Positions 58,486-64,000 of a stretch of DNA of 64,000 bases are shown in pieces (within the stretch, counting starts at the first letter, position 1; every line of letters starts with the position of its first letter). The notes under the pieces were generated by a model. It was given only the letters and a program-made list of their open reading frames with translations, did not search any database and had not been told where the DNA came from. The DNA is from an uncultured Verrucomicrobiota bacterium (GTDB lineage: Bacteria > Verrucomicrobiota > Kiritimatiellia > CAIKKV01 > CAITUY01): the NCBI GenBank assembly GCA_964535015.1, contig CAZHRU010000001.1:18148-82147 (forward strand), given 5' to 3'. The position numbers and the translations under genes are program-made.

Positions 58486-58515
58486 GGAAGCAACAGGCGG
58501 GATCCGCCGTCATGC

Positions 58516-59037
58516 TTACCAGTATTCCACGATGGTTCGGACAATGCGGTGGGCCAAGTCCGTGGCGGCATCGGGGAGCGCTTCCCGGCGGGCGCTGGGC
58601 AGATCCGAGAGCGCCTCGAAGTCCTTGTAGCCTTCCACCTTGGTCGAATGCGCCAGCACTTCCCGGCCGGGGAGTCGGCGCCAAGTGACTTCAGCTTCCA
58701 GGGTCAGTCTGAACTCGCGGGCGGTGGTGGCTTTGTCGGAGCGGTAACGCAGCGGGGTCAGTTTGTATTTCCTGAGGGTGACTTCCACCACCGTGTCCGC
58801 AGCGGTGCGATCGGCCACTTTGAGTGAACCATCCTTCTGGAACTCCTGAAGCGTGGCGCTGGTTGTCAGCGTTTCCAGTCCCGGTTCGCCAGTCTGATTG
58901 ACAAAGACCGGCACTGCGATAGACCGGATATTCGGAGGCAGATTACTGCCGAGTTTGTAGCCAATGCAACCACTCCCCAGGGCGACAAACGCGATGGCAA
59001 CACCGAGGAAGGTACGCGTGAGAATCGTTCTTTTCAT
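58516..59037 (-). CDS. LptE-like outer-membrane lipoprotein
   Basis: Lipobox LGSGC followed by GYKLGSNLPPNIRSIAVPVFVNQTGEPGLE..., which resembles the LptE family. ATGA-coupled to the upstream TPR gene. Confidence 0.5.
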   Translation of the reverse strand: MKRTILTRTFLGVAIAFVALGSGCIGYKLGSNLPPNIRSIAVPVFVNQTGEPGLETLTTSATLQEFQKDGSLKVADRTAADTVVEVTLRKYKLTPLRYRSDKATTAREFRLTLEAEVTWRRLPGREVLAHSTKVEGYKDFEALSDLPSARREALPDAATDLAHRIVRTIVEYW

Positions 59038-60032
59038 CGGATGGTCTTCCTTAACTGTTCGATGCGTTGTTGAGCGGTGACCGCCAGATCGGAGGCCGGA
59101 AAGTTCTTAAGGAAGTCCTCGTAGGCGAGGAGCGCGGATTCGGGGTGCCTGGAGTTCCGGTCGTAAAAGCGCGCCCGTTCGAAGGCCATCGTCGCACGAC
59201 GGGTGTTCAGGGTTCGGAGATAGGTCTCGGCCTGTCCCACATCCGGACTGGCGGGGTATGATCGGATGAAATCAACCAAGGCGGCCCGTGCGGCGTTCAG
59301 GGCATTCTCATCGTTCATGCGCTGATCGGACAGTTGGAAGAGGCAGTAGGCTTCACGGAAGGAGGCGTGCCCCGTCCAAGGACTGGCCGGATGCCGATTT
59401 TGCAGGAGTTCGTAAGCCGTGACGGCTTCTTCAAGATTGTCGTTCATTTCGTGGATTTTTCCGATATTGAACTGGGCGAGAGGGGCCTTTTCCCATGACG
59501 GGGCGTTGCGGATGAGTTTCTCAAACAACGGCAAGGCGCGCTCGGGGGATTGGAACCCCGGGAGCATCAGGAATTGGCCCGTCCTGGCGTGCATGAGATA
59601 GGTGGCGATCTGGAACTGGAACTCCAGTACTTCGGGGTAATTGAATTGGCTAGGGTAGTTGTCGATCAGGTACTGGTACTCATCAAAGGCTTCTTCATAC
59701 CGCCCCCGTTTCTGCTGGATCTTGGCAAGGGCCAATTGGGCAGGGGCGGCTTTGCGTGAATCCGGCCACGCGTACACAAGGGCCTGATAGGCATTGGCGG
59801 CTTTGCGCAGATAACCGGTTTGATACAGGGCGTAGGCGAATTTCTCCTGCTTGCTGTCGGTTTCCTTATTTGGATAACGATACCAATGGACGCCGCGCTT
59901 GATCCTGGGTGTGTCACGGTCGAGGGACTGGGAGGTGGGTTGCTGGGATGACCAGGTGTCGGAGCCGGCAGCCTGCGAAATCCGGCCCAAACTGATCACC
60001 AGCGCCAGGATGACATAGACAAGTAGTCGCAT
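59034..60032 (-). CDS. BamD/YfiO-like TPR protein
   Basis: Signal peptide. Repeated Y..L...YP.S..A..A motifs are typical of BamD-type TPRs. Confidence 0.5.
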   Translation of the reverse strand: MRLLVYVILALVISLGRISQAAGSDTWSSQQPTSQSLDRDTPRIKRGVHWYRYPNKETDSKQEKFAYALYQTGYLRKAANAYQALVYAWPDSRKAAPAQLALAKIQQKRGRYEEAFDEYQYLIDNYPSQFNYPEVLEFQFQIATYLMHARTGQFLMLPGFQSPERALPLFEKLIRNAPSWEKAPLAQFNIGKIHEMNDNLEEAVTAYELLQNRHPASPWTGHASFREAYCLFQLSDQRMNDENALNAARAALVDFIRSYPASPDVGQAETYLRTLNTRRATMAFERARFYDRNSRHPESALLAYEDFLKNFPASDLAVTAQQRIEQLRKTIR

Positions 60033-60211
60033 AATGGGCGGTACTGTAGGGGGGGGATGGCGATGTGGTCAAGCACTTTGGAAGATTGACAGTGTTTTGT
60101 TGTTTGTGATACCCATTCACCGATCGGTTGGCAAGGGGATCAACCTGGTGCACCGGTTCTCAACAGGTTCCTGTGAGCGTTTCCCCCTGCCGTTAGGAAA
60201 GAGGAGTGTGT

Positions 60212-60442
60212 ATGCCGGAAGAAGCGAAAGATGATGTGATTCGGGTGGATGGTGCCGTGGTTAAGGTGCTGCCCGCGACGATGTATCGCGTAAAACTTGA
60301 AAACGGACACGAAATTCTGGCTCACATTTCGGGCAAGATGCGTAAACATTTCATCCGAATAACCGCCGGCGACAAGGTATCGGTGGAGATTTCGCCTTAC
60401 GATCTTACCAAGGGTCGCATTACCTACCGCCACAAAACCTGA
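60212..60442 (+). CDS. infA: Translation initiation factor IF-1
   Basis: [55 protein letters not shown]. Confidence 0.95.
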   Translation: MPEEAKDDVIRVDGAVVKVLPATMYRVKLENGHEILAHISGKMRKHFIRITAGDKVSVEISPYDLTKGRITYRHKT

Positions 60443-60444
60443 GT

Positions 60445-61284
60445 TTAGTCAAGCCGGAGGCGGTTCATCCATGCCTTGAAATCGCGGGGGAGCGGGGCCT
60501 CGGCTTTCACCAGTTGGTTATCCAAGGGCGACGTGAACCTGATGCTGTAGGCGTGCAGCATCTGGCGTTCGACACCGCGCAAGCCCGGCGCCAGCAAGGC
60601 GGTGATCCCATACTGCTTGTCGCCCAGTACCGGATGGCCAATTTGATCGAGGTGTCTGCGTATCTGATGGGTACGGCCCGTATCGATCCGGAGCGAAAGA
60701 TGGCTGGCGGAACGATTCCTGTCCAGAACCCGCAGATGAGTAACGGCCGATTCCCCGTCAATAGGCGAATCAATACAGCGTTCGGTCACCTCCATGGATC
60801 CCGCAACGAGGGCGTGGTAGATCTTGACCACGCGCCGGTCGCGGAAGCAGGAGAGAACGGCGTCAAAAGCGGTTTGGTTGCGAGCCATAAGGAGGCAACC
60901 GGTCGTATCCCGATCAAGGCGGTGGGCGGCCTGGATCAGCGGTTCATTCCGGAAGTCGCGTAGTTCCTGCTCTGCGCTGGCGGGGCCATTGGCAAGGCAG
61001 TCAGCCTGCTTGTTGAGAATCAGGAAGTCGGGGGTTTCGAGCAGGATTTCCGGGGTTTGCGGGCGGCGTGCCGGAGGGGGGATCCCCGCAATCTCAACGA
61101 TATCACCCCGCTTAAGGAGGTGCCGGGCCATCCAGATGCGGGTACTGTTCACGAAGACAGTCCGAGCGTCGATCAGGGATTTGGCCCGGTTTCTGGAGAG
61201 TGACAACCAGGAGGCGACAAAGTCCTGAAGAGTCAGGTTGTCCTTGGTAACTCGGGCGCTGGTTGGTGGAGGAGACATCGGCAC
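60445..61284 (-). CDS. RluA/RluD-family pseudouridine synthase with N-terminal S4 domain
   Basis: HRLDRDTTGCLL catalytic motif and the TGRTHQIRRH motif. Confidence 0.85.
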   Translation of the reverse strand: MPMSPPPTSARVTKDNLTLQDFVASWLSLSRNRAKSLIDARTVFVNSTRIWMARHLLKRGDIVEIAGIPPPARRPQTPEILLETPDFLILNKQADCLANGPASAEQELRDFRNEPLIQAAHRLDRDTTGCLLMARNQTAFDAVLSCFRDRRVVKIYHALVAGSMEVTERCIDSPIDGESAVTHLRVLDRNRSASHLSLRIDTGRTHQIRRHLDQIGHPVLGDKQYGITALLAPGLRGVERQMLHAYSIRFTSPLDNQLVKAEAPLPRDFKAWMNRLRLD

Positions 61285-61347
61285 ACTATACGGGGTGCGG
61301 GCGCTGGGCGCCAGCGAATTGAAAAGCGACCCCGCCGCCCCCGAGAC

Positions 61348-63315
61348 TCACCTAGGGATTCTCTGTCCGGGAAGGAATGGGGGGATGGGGCAGTCCAGGG
61401 TGTCTGCGATCGCCCGGAGCAGCTCACCTTCTTCGGTGGTGATCACGCCATCGGCGGTGGCCGTATCTACTGCGGCGGCGATGATTTGCTCCTTCAGGTC
61501 CGGACTGGTCTCGCTGAGGCGATCCAACGCGGCGTCCAAGTCCTTCAGTGAAGCGCGTGACGCTGGCAGGATTTCTCCGATCGACAATCCCTTGAACCTG
61601 AGCGTGCCTCTTCGAAACGCGGCTTCAGCGTGAGTCCTGTCATCCGATCCAAACCAGGCCACGGCGGACAGAAGGGCGGCACATTCATTGGCAAGCGAGG
61701 AAAGGTCGGTGAATCTAATCTGAGGGCGGGGACTGACTCCATGAATGGAATCGAGATTGCGCAGCGTCATGCGGAGTACGGCATATTCGATGAGGGAGAT
61801 TTCATCATCAGAGGATGCAACATGGAAGAGGTTCCCGCGGAACTCACGGTACTGGGCCGAGGTTAGATGGCGCAGGGTGGCAATCGACAGTTCCGCCGCC
61901 GGCAGGCGCAACTCGGGGCGGAGTGTCCGCAGAGATTCAGCGAGGCGAAGGGTATGCCGGTGTACAGCGGGAGATGAGTGAATGGCGAGATAGTCCAGTT
62001 GACGTCCGAACATCTTCGGGTGGTCTGGATTCATGGCGAGGCCATAGACGACGGCCTGTGCCCCCGCCGGCTGGCGGATATCCTCCAAAATGCAGGGAGG
62101 CATGGCCTTAAGAAGTGTGGCGGCGTATTCGAGGGCGGCCGGCCGCAGGGTGCCGACATCGTCCACCACATTCGCGGGGGTGACCCCTTCGGATGGGGAA
62201 GCGTCAGGCGGAAGCGGCGGGGGTGTTTGCAAAGGGGCAAAGCCCGCCAGAGAATCCGTTTCGGCTGAGGGTGGTGGCAAGGTTGCAACCGTTCCGGAAA
62301 ACGATTGATCAATACGCCGGATGCGTTCGGCGAGGGGTGGGTGGGTGGCCAGCAGTCCCAGGAAGGAGAATCCGACGCCATTGGCAAAGAACAAGTGACT
62401 GGCCTCCTCGGCGTGGGTGCTTTGGATCCGGGAGCCTGTCGCCAACGCGCCAATCTTCTGCAGGGCGGAGGAGAGTCCGAGCGGGTTGCGGGTGAATTGG
62501 ACGGACGAGGCATCGGCAAGGAACTCGCGTTGCCGTGAGACCGCGCTTTTGATGAGCCTGGCAAAAAAGACGCCGATGTAACCGATAACCATGGTGGCCA
62601 GTCCCAGAATGGCGATGACGGCAACACCGCCTGATTTGCGATCACGCGAGGAGCGTGTTGTCCCGGCGGAAGACCGTGCGGTGAGGCGGAACATCCAGTA
62701 GCCAAGCAGGGCGATGACGAGGATACCATTCAGTACGCCGATCAGGCGGATATTGAGACGCATATCGCCATTCAGGATGTGACTGAACTCGTGACCGATG
62801 ACTCCCTGGAGTTCCTCACGGTTGAACTGGTCAAGTGCCCCCCGGGTCACGGCAATGACGGCGTCGGCCGGAGTCATGCCGGCGGCAAAGGCATTGATAC
62901 CGGGTTCCTGTTCCAGCAGGAACACTTTCGGTACGGGAGTTCCGGAGGCGATGGCGATCTCTTCCACGACATTCAGGAGTCTTTTCTCGCGAAGATCGGT
63001 CGAGGAAGGATGGATCGGACGGCCACCCAGCATGAGGGCCACCGATTCTCCGCCGGAGGAAAGACTCGCGATCTTGTAGACGGTGCCGCCCCCGATAAGC
63101 AGGAGGAGTGTGCCAGCCACAGACAGGAAAAGGACGGGGTTCCAGAGGACGGGCCACTGGATGGCGCCATTGGAGTCAATAGCGTTTTCACGCAGCAATA
63201 GAAAAGCCGTTACGCCGTAGATGGCAACAACGATAAGGGCGACAGCCATGACGTAATATGCGATCAGCAATCCCGTTCGTCGCCGGGCCGCCTCTTGGTG
63301 TTCAAAGAAATTCAT
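61348..63315 (-). CDS. M48 (HtpX-like) membrane metallopeptidase with a roughly 300-aa C-terminal extension ending in a TerB-like motif
   Basis: HEFSHILNGD (HExxH), flanking TM segments and THPPLAERI. The C-terminal tail is ATADGVITTEEGELLRAIADTLDCPIPPF. The start is taken at MNFFEHQ (63315). Confidence 0.8.
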   Translation of the reverse strand: MNFFEHQEAARRRTGLLIAYYVMAVALIVVAIYGVTAFLLLRENAIDSNGAIQWPVLWNPVLFLSVAGTLLLLIGGGTVYKIASLSSGGESVALMLGGRPIHPSSTDLREKRLLNVVEEIAIASGTPVPKVFLLEQEPGINAFAAGMTPADAVIAVTRGALDQFNREELQGVIGHEFSHILNGDMRLNIRLIGVLNGILVIALLGYWMFRLTARSSAGTTRSSRDRKSGGVAVIAILGLATMVIGYIGVFFARLIKSAVSRQREFLADASSVQFTRNPLGLSSALQKIGALATGSRIQSTHAEEASHLFFANGVGFSFLGLLATHPPLAERIRRIDQSFSGTVATLPPPSAETDSLAGFAPLQTPPPLPPDASPSEGVTPANVVDDVGTLRPAALEYAATLLKAMPPCILEDIRQPAGAQAVVYGLAMNPDHPKMFGRQLDYLAIHSSPAVHRHTLRLAESLRTLRPELRLPAAELSIATLRHLTSAQYREFRGNLFHVASSDDEISLIEYAVLRMTLRNLDSIHGVSPRPQIRFTDLSSLANECAALLSAVAWFGSDDRTHAEAAFRRGTLRFKGLSIGEILPASRASLKDLDAALDRLSETSPDLKEQIIAAAVDTATADGVITTEEGELLRAIADTLDCPIPPFLPGQRIPR

Positions 63316-63414
63316 CGTGGCACTATACGCAAAACGCGGCAAAGTGAAAAAGCTTTTCATTTTGCGGGAGGAATCCATAATGCACCCACCTATACAGATC
63401 AAGGAGCACGGCTC

Positions 63415-64000
63415 ATGGAGAACATACCGGTGTTGCATGTGGAGGGGCAGTCCCTGGCGGATGCCTATGAAAAAGCGTTATGCGCGTTGGTTGAACGCGG
63501 GACGCGTTTCCGGACGCAGTACGACAAACCGGGAGATCCCGAGAGTCTCGATTCCACCATGAACATCACCGTGCTCGACCCCATGGCCGACCCGATGATC
63601 CACAAGGCATTTCCCGGAGGCATCGAGGACCTGCGTGAATATGTGATGGAGTTGCAGGGAGCCAAGGATCACTGGGTAAAGAACATGAACGATCCTGCGG
63701 ATACCCGCTGGGAATATACCTATCATGGCCGTTTGGCGGGATATGGGGCGTGGAAGGAATTACGGAACTATGAATCGGTGGAAGGCGGGGCTTTCAAGAT
63801 CAATCAAGTTGAGTCAGTGATCGATAAACTTGTGCGGCAACCTTATACGCGGCAGGCCCAGATGATCACCTGGATGCCCAACGTGGATTTGGACTGCTAT
63901 GATCCGCCCTGTCTGCAATCGTTGTGGTACCGGATTCAGGAGGACGACAAGGGGGGGTGGTGGCTTAACTGCAATATCCGGTTCCGGAGCAATGATGCCT
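63415..64000 (+). CDS. Thymidylate synthase (ThyA) family protein, archaeal-like type; 3' end lies outside the window
   Basis: ATG at 63415 has AAGGAG 9 nt upstream. My own translation gives MENIPVLHVEGQSLADAYEKAL...RQAQMITWMPNVDLDCYDPPCLQSLWYRI...NIRFRSNDA (catalytic PC and RSND blocks). It is absent from the ORF track because it runs off the window. Confidence 0.6.
   Translation, partial: MENIPVLHVEGQSLADAYEKALCALVERGTRFRTQYDKPGDPESLDSTMNITVLDPMADPMIHKAFPGGIEDLREYVMELQGAKDHWVKNMNDPADTRWEYTYHGRLAGYGAWKELRNYESVEGGAFKINQVESVIDKLVRQPYTRQAQMITWMPNVDLDCYDPPCLQSLWYRIQEDDKGGWWLNCNIRFRSNDA

Overview
High-GC (about 60% by eye), densely coding bacterial chromosomal segment. It likely comes from an anaerobic, diderm organism, since LptE- and BamD-like genes are present. 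The accessory content (TAT-signal sulfatase, GH78, DUF2961, long IS200-like Y1 proteins, ECF sigma pairs) resembles PVC-type genomes, but that placement is only inference. Main blocks: (1) 1-9229: a translationally coupled Wood-Ljungdahl carbonyl-branch operon, acsB(partial)-acsC-acsV-cooC-acsD-acsE-DUF3786-DRTGG module-orphan receiver. A small minus-strand CooT-like / His-tailed protein pair converges on its 3' end. (2) 9.7-15.7 kb: a partly lower-GC, decaying glycan-utilisation islet. It holds a CBM remnant, an intact GH78-like gene, a DUF2961 fragment, an AraC regulator, and a sulfatase 5' fragment abutting a 5'-truncated alpha/beta hydrolase. (3) 15.9-24.1 kb: an almost complete futalosine-route menaquinone operon with two gene fusions (MqnB::UbiA-type prenyltransferase and MqnE::MqnC). 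ETF-quinone oxidoreductase follows it. (4) 25.9-33.7 kb, minus strand: purA-uppS-cdsA-dxr-rseP-ispG plus a membrane flavodoxin/ferredoxin-like gene. (5) 33.9-35.5 kb: a short-motif/62-bp tandem repeat array next to an IS200-like (Y1, RayT-like) gene. (6) Housekeeping genes: trpS, scpAB, pheA-hisC-tyrA, dnaG, cvpA, nfnAB-like, prx, nadD, rsfS, rpsT, infA, rluD-like and a thyA-like partial gene. (7) 48-54 kb: a regulatory island with a GAF/sigma-54 activator coupled to a three-receiver degenerate-GGDEF protein, divergent from an MFS::HEAT fusion. I saw no rRNA, tRNA, CRISPR array, cas genes or recognisable defence system. All calls rest on reading the supplied translations and the DNA by eye; no searches were run.
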